From: Amoebophrya sp. A120
Lineage: Eukaryota > Protista > Dinoflagellata
Length of the DNA stretch: 64,000 nucleotides
Direction: 5' to 3'
Assembly: GCA_905178155.1 (NCBI GenBank)
Contig: CAJINV010000002.1
Coordinates: 8,389,224-8,453,223, forward strand
Of this stretch, positions 1 to 10,598 are shown piece after piece. The notes under the pieces are model-generated. The model was not told where the DNA came from. It did no database searches and worked only from the letters and a program-made list of their open reading frames with translations. The stretch's first letter is position 1. Each line of letters opens with the position of its first letter. The position numbers were made by a program, and so were the translations under genes.

Positions 1-944
1 TACTGGACAAATGTTGGAAGAGCAGGCTCGAGCAGCCCGAGTTCGTTCGAGGGCTCGAACCGCACCAAGTACACCGGCAGATATGCAAGTCTAATCGGTG
101 TGTCGCTCGTCTGTACGTCTTTAACATCTTGTCGACAATCATGAGCTGACGAGGGTGAAGCAGCTTCATTGTCCGACACCTCTCTGTTAAATTTCTCCGC
201 CAACAGGATCGCAAGTTTTTGGTGTAGGTACGAGGTCCAGATGACGTCGCTTCGTTCGATGGGAGTTTCTTTCGTGGTCTCGTGGCAAAATTTCGCGACC
301 CAGTGGTCACTACCTCCCGGCAGCCTGCTACTCCTGTCGTGGGCTTTCGTGCCGCCATGCGGCGGCGGCGAGGTGTGAAAATCTGTGTCGCTTTCCACGT
401 TCGAAGATCCCAGCTGCGGAAGTCCCGGCTGGCGGTCGCAACGCTTGTCGTGGCAGCTCCACAAGGTTCCAGTTGATCCTCCGAAAATCGAACTCAAATC
501 GTCTATCTCGAGATTCGAAAGTATGTTCGTACCCCGCCCTGTTCCTGAAAAGTAAATCATGCTTGAAGTAGGCGTCGCCGTCGGCGTGGTAGAAGTGCGC
601 TCCTGCTTCCGGACCGAGGCAATCAGTTGCAGAATTTGCATCTCCGTGTCAATTATATCCTGATTCCGCGAGGACCGCCAGTAAAAAGTGCGGCTGAGAG
701 CCTGGTCAGGAGCGAGGATGAGCTGGAGGTGCTGCAGGTCGTTTTCGTGTAGTCGAAACGCAGCTTTTGAGGCACCAAATCCGATAGGTTCAACAAGGGT
801 CCGAAGCGGCTCCTGCTCATAACCGGGCAGCCTTGGGCGATAGGTATCGTCTGACTTTTGTCGTCTAATAACACAGTTACGTTGCGTGGGGGGCATAGGC
901 ATTATAAAATCGCGACAGTTGCTTGTCCTGCTTGTCGGTGGCAT
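1..944 (-). CDS. Alpha-kinase (eEF2K/MHCK-like) family protein, N-terminal part; runs off the window edge
   Basis: Manual translation of an open minus-strand frame from ATG at 944 (absent from the ORF track, no stop in window): EPIGFGASKAAFRL (Gly-loop-like), WVAKF, DVIWTSYLHQKLAILLAEKFN, IRLAYLPVYLV. These resemble the alpha-kinase N-lobe pattern. Start codon uncertain. Confidence 0.55.
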   Translation of the reverse strand, partial: MPPTSRTSNCRDFIMPMPPTQRNCVIRRQKSDDTYRPRLPGYEQEPLRTLVEPIGFGASKAAFRLHENDLQHLQLILAPDQALSRTFYWRSSRNQDIIDTEMQILQLIASVRKQERTSTTPTATPTSSMIYFSGTGRGTNILSNLEIDDLSSIFGGSTGTLWSCHDKRCDRQPGLPQLGSSNVESDTDFHTSPPPHGGTKAHDRSSRLPGGSDHWVAKFCHETTKETPIERSDVIWTSYLHQKLAILLAEKFNREVSDNEAASPSSAHDCRQDVKDVQTSDTPIRLAYLPVYLVRFEPSNELGLLEPALPTFVQ

Positions 945-1750
945 CTTCAACAGCGCGTCGTCGCAACAACTCACAGCAGTGTAGCGGAGCTGCAGCGGAT
1001 GGCAAGGCGCGTAACTGTCAAAATGACTACACTGCGTTCCGCACTGCGATTGCACTTGCAGCTTTACAATCCGCGCGTCGACGGCATGACTAGATGAAGC
1101 CGTCGCATCGGAGGTAGGTAGCTGTGCCTCTGCTTGCGCTACCAACCCTGCGTCACTAAATTTACCTGCTTCATGTGGAGGGTGCACGAAAAAATTGCCT
1201 TGTCTTCGACGTTCGGTGATTCCACACAATGTTGTTGAGCCGGCAAGAAGGCCGCCAACGGCCTGCGGGTTAGCAAGTTTCTTGAGAGCCGCCGCGCCGA
1301 GCTGCGCTGCCATAACAACCACCGTGCTCGAGTTTAGAAGGAAAGAAAACAAAAGCGAACGGACGAGACCACGCCGCCGAGGCGATTGGGCATGTAGATA
1401 CACGTACATGGTTGACGTAGTTCTGCGGAAGATCACCCACCAAGACTCGCCACTGCTTCCTTGTGTGGCAGAATGGACGTGCCATTCGTGGAGTTACAGC
1501 CCGAATTTTGTTGCGGGACTTGCACTCAGTACGACGACACGCTACTACAAGCACTGAGGAAACTAGAAGTTCTAATCAATACTATTTGCTAAGGAAAAGG
1601 ATGAACAGGACCAGGACCACATATTACAAGCCTACGCATATACTTAGAAGTTCATAGTAGAACACTGAATCGTAATGAATCGTTCGAGCGGCGATGTGTT
1701 GCACTTGCAGGAGCTCTGACGTAAATCGGTTAGGCGTAGAAGTATGATGC

Positions 1751-4700
1751 TCACGATGAGTCTTCGTCATCTTGATCGTGGTCGTCGTCACCATTCTGTT
1801 TGTCTTGTATATTTTTCAATTCATCACCGGTAGCTGATGAGGCAGCCACTGTCATTGACAGCTTCTTTCGCGAGAATACAACTTCATTTCCTCTTTCTTC
1901 CGAAACAACATCAGCAAGTGCGCTTCCGCTTGTTTTTCTTTTCGGCCCGTCTCCCGCAACCGCACCTCCTGCCATGCCTGACGAGGAAGCTCCTATCGTG
2001 GCTTGGCTTTTGTATAACTCCAAAATTTTCCCTCCGGTCACAATATCCTTCAGCTGCAGATCGTGCCTCGCGCGCACAAATCTGGGAAAGCGCAAACCTA
2101 TGCCACAATAGAAGTCATCTATTTGATCAATTTCGTCATCGTTCGGATCGCCTGCCTCAACCATGTCGACGTCTGGATCTGTCCTTTTAGCGCTCTCGTC
2201 AGCTGCATTGCGAACACCGGTGGTTCCCGCAGTGCCCCCGGCGTCCAGCCCCGCCGGCAAGGGGCCGCCCGCCGTGTGCGCCGGAGACTTTTGGAAGTCC
2301 GCGCCTTTCACTTCCCAAACTTCGCACGGTTCGATCCACTCATCTGGAACTATGGTCGGGTTCATGGAGCAGTCGACATACGCGGGCTTCTCCGGTAAAA
2401 TCTTCGCCGAGAACACTTCCCGCATGCGGATCAACTCCTTGTCTGTGAAGCCGGACATGCATTTCGACAGGGTTTGGTAGCGGATGGAGCAGGATGGAAC
2501 AGAGGTTTCATCTCCGTTCATTTGCACATCATCGTCAGGACAGGGCCCTTCCTGGTCGTCATAGCCTTCTTCAGTGTCGCCGACCATTTGGTGACGTAAT
2601 ATTCGGTCCGTCTCAATAGCAATACTCGCTCGTTTCTCATCCCCGCTACCCGCCCTTACTGCCAGCAGAAACGAACCGAACCAGCCCGCGCGCCTTCCGT
2701 TCCCGTAAAACACACCCACCACCGTGACGTCCAAGGTGTCGCCCGTGGATAATGCCGCTCTCAAGCGTTGCACTGATCGCTAATAACACATGAAGCCTTT
2801 TGCTTGATTTGTCATGGTGCACAACCTGCTTCACTTTCATCTGCGTAATGAGGCTACTTGCAGCTTCGCAAGACAAGCACAAGCCTCAATCTCGGATGGA
2901 TGAATGAATTCGAAAGCATTGAACTTGAAATGAATGAATGTTATGCTGGAACAAGCGCAAGCTTCCGGCTTTTGCGTTTACCAGTCTTGCGTTACAAGCA
3001 GAAATTTATGTATACAGCGATTCACGCAACAATATCTGAGAGCGCCATATCGATTCGATGTAGTCCTTCTTCAGTTTCAGCCACTCGTAGGAGCGTTTGG
3101 AGGATTCGTACGTGGATTGAAAAGACTTCAGCATCAGTCCCTCGCAGCCGTTTTTAACCGAAAGGTTCAGCAGCTCGTTCAGTCGTTGGTCGTTCCGTTC
3201 CGCAAACGCGGTCACATTCATTTGCCCTTCAGCACGACTAGGGGGGGTTGAATCTGCTTTGTTCGAGACCACGATGGACGTCTTCGTCTTCGTCGTGCCT
3301 TCCACTTCCGCAGAAGGCTCGTCCTCTGCCACGAGGCCTTCAGAATTTTGGTTGTGTATGTGTTGTTCTCCTCCCACGAGCTGAAACTCTTCTGGTGCGA
3401 CGACGTGGATTTTCTGCGGCACAATTGGCTGGCTGAGGAATTCGTCAGCGACAGTCTCATCTGTGTAAGTGTAGCATCCGTTCTTTTCGCTATTTTCGCA
3501 TGTCTTTCGGAAAATCCTTTCCGCCAAGAACTTCTGCCTTGTCCTCAAATCTTTCCTCGCCATCACCTCGCCGTTCAACAGTAGCAGATCGAACATGAAA
3601 AGGCACACGGGGACCTTCACGTCTTTTAGCTGCACGTCTTTTCGCCCCCGAGTCGAGAGCTTCTGGAAGGGAAGGAGCTTGAATGTTGTCGGGAATTTAA
3701 CATTCGTCGCTGCGGCGCTCCTGTTTGGAACAAGTTCTACACCTCGATGATCTACTTCTTCACCGGTATTTGTTTCCGTAGTGCGCTTTGCATCAGCTGT
3801 TTGGATAAAATCGCTCGCAAGTAGTGGTTCTTGTTGTTCCTCGCTACTCCTAGCCAAAGCTGCTGTTCCTGTTGCCCCCGTCGCAACATCCACCGCCACG
3901 GGTACGACCTCACACTCAAAAATTGCTTCCTCGACATCCTCTCGCAGGTTTTTTTCGATGGTCTGCACCATATCAAAAGTAAAAATGTCATGCTAAATCT
4001 GAAGCATGCGAAAATCTGTGTTGCATGCTTGCCAAAAGCTGTCCACTTTTGACCTACTCGACAGGCAGTTTCTCATGCAGGATAGGCATGATGGAACTCG
4101 CACAGAATCTGTCATGCTATGTCCCACATGCCAGACCTCATGGGTCATGGAAAACCTGCATGACAAGTCTCACACTCTTCCAGACCCAGACATTTTTACA
4201 CTTGATACACCACGTCCGGGTATCTCTCGGTCATCTTCTCGCAACGACGGGAAAAGATTTCGACACGTAATATCGCCATTTGTGCCGCAGCAGCAGCTGT
4301 GGGAGCTTTATTTTGCTTCGTCGTGGCCCCCGCGCGTCTCCTAAAGATGTGAATCTGTGCCCGCTCCCCATCGTATTTAAACTCGGCGCCGATTTTGTTT
4401 CGTTGAAACCGGGTGGTCAGCTCCTGTAAGGCCCGGGCTGGGTTGGCCAACATCGGCTTCACGGGGATACTATCCTGTGCAAAAGTATCGCACTCGTATT
4501 GCAATCATGCATTACAAATCTTTTTCTTAAAGGCAAATCCGCATTACAAATTTTATTTCTCATGCTGAGGAAATTTGTAATGCATTTATACGACTACGAT
4601 ACTTTTGCAGTTCATAGATACCCCGGGTGATGGTGCAACGGGAAGCAAAATGCTGTTCGCAGATATTGTGGAAGTAAGAGACCTATCCTGTGCAAAAGTA

Positions 4701-7700
4701 TCGTACTCGTAGTATTCGCAATCATGCATTACAAATCTCCCTCCTATCCTAAATCCGCATTACAAATTCCATTTTTCATGCTGAGGGAATTTGTCATGCG
4801 ATTTATACTAGTACGATGCTTTTGCATTGCATAAGACCACGTTTTTATCGTCTCCGACAGCGTGTCGTGGGGGCGCATCTTCGGTGCCGTCTTGCTGCTG
4901 CAACGCTTCGAGAAAGACTTCTACTAGCCGGTCGTAGCTGGGGTACTCGGAGAAACAGCGGCGAAACGTCACTTCTACGAGCGTCAGAACTTCGTCCGCG
5001 AAAACGGGATCGATGGGCGGGTGTTGTAGTTCTACTTGTCGGAGCTCCTCCTGCTTACTGTTCGAACCTGCTGAAGGCTCAGGTTCTCTTCTATCAACTA
5101 ATCTTTCCCAGACGAACGCGTGCGCCAAGCATTGTAACACTGTTGCGGACTTGATCCCAATGCGCATGTTGTTCTCCAAAAACCGAATCAAGTACTTCAC
5201 CTCGTCGCGACTGGCCAATGCGAGCAACTTCTGCATCACATCAAGTTTGGTTTTCAACGAGTTCTTTCCAGACGTTTTCGCCACTTTCTCCCGTACATCT
5301 GTCACCACACGCTTTATCGACAAGGTGTTTCCAGCAGAATTTTTCGTCGTTGTACTGGCAAAAAATTTCGGTTGTCGCATCCGCATGATGAGCGCCGCCT
5401 CGCCTAGGTCCTCCGCTTTGTTATCTTTCACCAATTGCGTCAGTGCGTCTGGCGTGGTGGATAGCACGGTGGAAATGGTCTTCAGAATCGACGCCGACCC
5501 GACACCAACTTCCAAGTTCTCGTACTCCGGGGAAATTTTGGACAAAATGAAGTAAACCGCGTGCACCAAGTCTTGTTGGTTCACCTTCAATATCGTGCGG
5601 AAGAAGTTGGTCAGGATCACGCTGCGCTTCTTGTTCGATCCCTTTCCCGTGTTCTTTGACTCCTCGGCCAGCGTGAGTGCGCGAGCCGCAAAGGACATGG
5701 GGATGTTGGGCCGCTTGGGTCGGTCCTTAATACTGGATGAAGTAGACGAAGAATTATTATGCTCAGGCGAGTAGAGGTTCGGAAAGTGGTTTCTACCTTC
5801 CTCTGAGGCTAGGTAGCCAGTGACGGAGAAACTGCTGGACTCTAAGTGGTCCGTTTTCGATACAACCATAGCAGCCGACGTGGTGGATGCGGACGACGAA
5901 GAGCCGCTGCCCCAGCCGCCAGTTTGGATATAGTAGTTCCAAAAGGAAGCTGGGCCCGTGCTGGCGGTGGCTGTAGTGGCGGTGGCCGTAGGATGGCCTA
6001 GTGCAGCTGCAGCGGCTGTTGTAGCGGTCTTGTTGTCCTTAGACGAGCAAGGTGCTGTTCTTGCTGGTGGCGGCGCAGCTGCAGCGGCTACAGGAGCTAC
6101 TGCCATCTTCAGTGAGGGCGCGGCGCTCGCTTTGCCCTTTTCTGGCGACGGGGACGAGAGCGACAAACAGGAGGAAGAGAGATCGATTACGTCATCTCTG
6201 TCCGGCGAAACTGGGGTCGTTTGATGCGGCTGACTTGGCGAAAGGGCCGCCGGCGCTTGCGGCGGCCGGATCTGCGAAGCGGATGCGACGTGCTCTTTGT
6301 TTTTGGATTTCGCCTCCATTTTTGCGGCATCGCCCGCATCCTTTTCTTGCATCATATCTTTATCGGATTCGCTGCTGTCCGAGAGTTCAATGACCACCCG
6401 GTCACGCTCTACTTCTGTCAGTTTCATTTCCGGCAAGGCGTTGTCATTTTTCGGCTTACTCGCAAAAACTTTCCGGGTCGGGCCAACCTCCACGTACTCC
6501 ACCCGTTCAACGTAGCTCCTACTCTTCACGTCGTACTCGATCTTCCGCCGCTTCGCAACGGGCTCGCGTTCCTCGCTTTTGGGAGTTGGCGGCAGGTACT
6601 GCAAGGGCGCCTCGCCTCGCCGCTCGAGCTCCTTCTGCTCTCGGAGTCTTCTGGCCTGGCACTCCGGGCTGGATTGCGTCTTGAAAAAATCGGATATCTT
6701 CAGCTGCTTGCGACCGAGCTGCGGCCCGGCGCTTTGGGCCGCGGGCTCATTTGCGAGTCTGTTCGCGGCGCCTTTTTCCGCGCTCGTCTGTTCGCGGTTT
6801 ACCGACTCAATGATAGCGCTTGACAGATTTGCCGCAGCAGCCAGCGCTGGAGCTTTATGCCCAGTAGCTGCTGCTACGCTGCTCGCTTTCTTTGGCGTTT
6901 TTTGCTTCTTCATCTTCGATGAAGTTGAAGTCTGACCTGGGGATGCAATAATTTTGTCCCCTCCTTGATGTTTTTTCGCGGAAGGCTGCGAAGCCGGCAT
7001 AGCCTCCAACTTCGGCTTCGCTTGTGTCGAAGCGAAAGGCACAAGCCTCATCTCCATCTTCTCAACAGCAGTACTTGTGCTTGATGTGGCACCGGTTCCG
7101 CTTTTCATCTGGGCATCATGATTTTGGTTGCTGACAGGATTGACAAAAAAACTTTCCAGCATCTTTGCACCCGCAGCATCCTTCTGCTTCTCCGCAGCTG
7201 CTTTCGCACTGCCCACCTTTCTTCCGCCCGCCTGCTTCGCTTTCGCTTTTGGCTTCTTCGCAGTGGCACCGGAGGACGTCGCAGCTGCTTTCGCTTTGCT
7301 CCCGTTACAACGGTCAGCTTCGCTGGTGAAGTAGCTCAGGAACTTCTTCATGTCCAACGTGTCGTCCGGCACGGTGGGGAGAACGCTGTTTGCGTTTATC
7401 ACGTTGACAAACTGCTGTAATTCTAGAAAACTCGAATGCTCGGAATAAGCGCAGTGTGCGATGGTGATTCTGCCGTCTTTGCTCGTGAACTCCTTGATAA
7501 CATTTCGCTCTTTGTTGCTCCACGTCCAGCCGGTGGGTCGAAACGCGATCACACGGTCGTACTTTTTCTTGTCTTGCTCCTGTTGTACGTGACCCTCGTC
7601 CTGACTTTCCTCGGTGACTGTCACTGTGTTGACCACGGGACGTAGCGCACCAGCTCCTACTGCTTTCTCAGGGAAACCTTCGAACTGCTCATGCTCAATG

Positions 7701-9492
7701 CCTTCGTCGCCGTCTGCGTTCCCTTCTTCTTCGCTTACTTTCACATCGTCGTCCACACTAAGTACCCTGCTGATGGTTTTAGTTGTAGGATCGACGCCCA
7801 TGTTGCTCCCTTGGCCACCAATCGCACAAGAAATGCTAGAGCAGGACGAGGACGATGAGGCGGCGCTCGATCCTCTTTCGACAAGATCGTGGCCGCCCCC
7901 AGGTGGTGGGTCTTTGCTGCGACCGCGATCTTCGGCCACAACGCCGGTCGTCTTTGACTCCAACAAGTAGTCTGCATCCACTCTGATCACGCGCTTTTTC
8001 TTATCACAGCCAAATTTCGAATCTTCCGTTGGGTTGTGCAGGTAAAATTTTGCCAGCTTGTCGAACGACAAGGCTTCAAGACGGGTCGTGTGAAGCTCGA
8101 AAGTTACAGAGGAGCCATGTTGATTACACAACTCGTCGACGTCACCCGCCAAACCGATTTTCTTGGTTTTCTGACAAGTAGAAGCCGATGACGTTGGTCC
8201 CCGGAAAAGTGTCCCAAATTCCTCCCTGTAGTGCTTGCGGACAATTTTCTGGAGCCGCCAGCGATAAGGGCTCTGGATCTTCACAGGGTCAACAGGGCTT
8301 GATGCACTTTTGCTCCCGCCGATATCATTTTGTCCCAGTACACGTGAGTTATTAAACCCGTCGTGCACTGCCTGCACGAAGTTTTCTTTGCCGATCGAGT
8401 AGGTTCCGATCAAAACCAGCACACTCCCTGTCTTTCCGTCCATTCCTTCTGCTTCATCTTCTTTTGCCGCTCTGGCTGCTCTGGATATCGTATCAAACAG
8501 TTCCCGACAATACTCGCGCGTCTTTTCGAAGACTAATTGCAGGTCGGGAAACTGGATATGGAAACGAAAAAAGTTCGTCCAAATTTACTATTCTTGCAGG
8601 TTTTTCATAAATACAAATTCTTCTACGTTGTATCGGTATCGCATTCCTGTAGGATAATTGCATAAAAGACGAACATCACAATAAGGCGAACAATCGCGCA
8701 TGAAACTTGACTGTAATGCAACCATTTTTACGCATGAACATGATAGACAGTTTTGCGTTGCAGAACTGCGCATGTTGATTGCTTGTGACAAACAGTTTTT
8801 GTTTGGTACTGGAATCTTGGCTTGCAGTACGTGTTGTCGAGGTACAACGTCTCGACTTTTGGGATCCAATCTTTCCTCTCGCCCAGCCACCGCGCGCAAT
8901 CGTCCTGGACGACTTTTGCGCCGCGGAAATCGCCCGTGTGGAGCACGCATTTGCCTGATTTCCTCGAGTACACGAAAACTATCGCGGCACCGGGGCAGTG
9001 GTTGGCGTCCAGGAAAGTTAGGTAAACCTCGTCCTCGACGTGAATCTCTCGGCCGAGAAACGCTTGACGGGTTCTTGCACTCCTAATATTCTTGTTGCCC
9101 GCGCCTTTCGCTTTCCCTGTGTTGAAGGCGACATCCGCTACCTCTGCGCTGCCTGTAATTCTTGTCGCGGCCTCAGCATCTTCATTATGCGGTAGTGCCA
9201 ATCTCCGCTGGGGATGTGCCCTCGATGGAGTAATATTGTCGACGTCAAGTATCGCTTCTCGGCAGCTTTGGTGCAAGAAGCTTTCGCGTACGCCCGTGAG
9301 TCTTACAATCAATTCCGCAGTACAGGGCGTCGCGTAGATCAAGCCGTGGTTGAAATCCGCGTCCAGACCCTGCGTGTGGTCCGCATGGAAGTGGGACAAA
9401 ATGTAGTGCTTGCACTTGCGCCGGTCCTTGTGGAGAAACCCATCGACAAGAAGCGTGACATTGTCGACGTTGATCCAGGTGCCGTAGGGCAT
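1751..9492 (-). CDS. LIG6: SNM1/Pso2-type metallo-beta-lactamase/beta-CASP nuclease fused to ATP-dependent DNA ligase (LIG6-like), split by 5 introner elements
   Basis: Nuclease motifs LSHFHADHTQGL, DANHCPGA, LHTGDFR, LYLDNTY, GTYSIGKE, FRPTGW, YSEHSS. Ligase motifs PVKPMLA, EFKYDGERAQIH, EGLMLK, WLKLKKDY, GDTLD, WEVKGAD, LRFPRF. The frames join exactly after removing elements at 8557-8808, 4684-4833, 4471-4616, 3971-4207 and 2751-3049, each with one TSD copy. Confidence 0.9.
2751..3049 (-). mobile_element. Introner-like non-canonical intron, family E
   Basis: Imperfect TIR aatgccgctctcaagcgttgcactgatcgct / agcgattcacgcaacaatatctgagagcgccata; TSD tggat/tcgat. Removal gives KKDYIES|TGDTLD. 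Confidence 0.8.
3971..4207 (-). mobile_element. Introner-like non-canonical intron, family B
   Basis: TIR tatcaaaagtaaaaatgtc / gacatttttacacttgata; perfect TSD cacca. Removal gives ERYPDVV|QTIEK. Confidence 0.9.
4471..4616 (-). mobile_element. Introner-like non-canonical intron, family A
   Basis: TIR tatcctgtgcaaaagtatcg / cgatacttttgcagttcata; TSD gatac. Removal gives CTITRGI|PVKPMLA. Confidence 0.9.
4684..4833 (-). mobile_element. Introner-like intron, family A (the only copy compatible with GT-AG)
   Basis: TIR tatcctgtgcaaaagtatcg / cgatgcttttgcattgcata; TSD agacc; very similar to 4471-4616. Removal gives DKNVV|SYFHN. Confidence 0.9.
8557..8808 (-). mobile_element. Introner-like non-canonical intron, family F (degenerate TIR)
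   Basis: Ends tatggaaacgaaaaa / tttttgtttggta; TSD ctgga. Removal gives DNTYCKPRFQ|FPDLQ, the SNM1 TYCxPxxxFP motif. Confidence 0.8.
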
Positions 9493-9590
9493 GGCTGTAG
9501 TTGGCGATCGCGTTTCGGTTTTTTCAAAATCAAATCAGGGAGGAAAGCCTTGCAATTATTTCCATTGTTAAAAATCATGTGGGTAGTTTG

Positions 9591-9680
9591 GATGCGTTGA
9601 GCTTGAGATGTGATGCGTTGAGCTTGAGATGTGATGCGTTGAGCTTGAGATGTGATGCGTTGAGCTTGAGATGTGATGCG
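9591..9680. repeat. 21-bp tandem repeat (gatgcgttgagcttgagatgt) x4 plus a partial copy
   Basis: Four identical head-to-tail copies read directly, about 100 bp upstream of the LIG6 start codon. Confidence 0.95.
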
Positions 9681-10598
9681 CTAAACTTAATGTCATGACT
9701 ATCATAAGTACAAACTAGAACTACCGGACTGAAAAAAGTTTTTGTGAGTAGCTCGAGAAAAAGGACCACGAAGGCTTGAAATCTGTACCGAAAGCGGGGA
9801 ACAATAAATACAAACCATGATCGTATACAGGTGGTTAGAATGAGGTCCTGAGGGCGTGTGTGCGATGAAGAGAAAGGGGTCGACGATACTTTGAAAACGA
9901 ATGGAATTGCAAGTGCTACTGGTGCAATAAGCCTTCTAGTCAACAGAAAACATCTAACTAACTGACCATGCGCGAACTGTTGAGGTGCCAAGTACCAGAC
10001 CCATGCTAAACACCAGCACATTAGTCATCTTCCTAATCGTAGCTAGTAGGGACCAGATCCGGAGAGGGAATGTGACCTTTGGTACAAGTACGCAACTTGC
10101 TGGAAGATTCAAGCCGTGGAAGACGAAGATCACGATCAGACGACTCGATGATGTTCATGAATAACGAGAACAGCTCCAGGTTGTTACTTTAACTTTTGGC
10201 TCGCGGCAGAGCTGCGCGGCTATGGATGAAGACGGGTTAGAGAGAGGGTTTCTCTCCCGAGATTTTCCTGCTCATACTCCATGTTTGCGCAAGCTTCAGC
10301 TTGCCTTTACTTTATGCCGGAGCGGTAAATGTTTTGTCGTTCTCCTCGTCTTTGTTCTGCACACAGTCGCGTGTTTTCATCATTTCATTTTCAAAAAGGG
10401 GCGATTGCTACACAAGGCTGCACAAAAAAATCAATAGGCAAAGCAAACTTCTCCTGAAATCGTGGGCACAAATCCTACACGTTGTTCCTTGCGTCATAAT
10501 ATCGTGAAGAATGGAAACCCAAACCGGTCAAATTTCGATATCAATCTCTAGCTTCTGCTCTGTCCATCACATCCAACATCGTATCCGATGGATAGGAC

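Noticed and set aside
4616-4625. Canonical GT-AG solution for the 4471-4616 element
   Set aside because: It removes one extra base and is out of frame with the upstream micro-exon frame fixed by the 4684-4833 junction.
9591-9680. CRISPR array or tandem relic spliced leaders
   Set aside because: No spacers and eukaryotic context; only 6 nt (CTCAAG) match the dinoflagellate SL.
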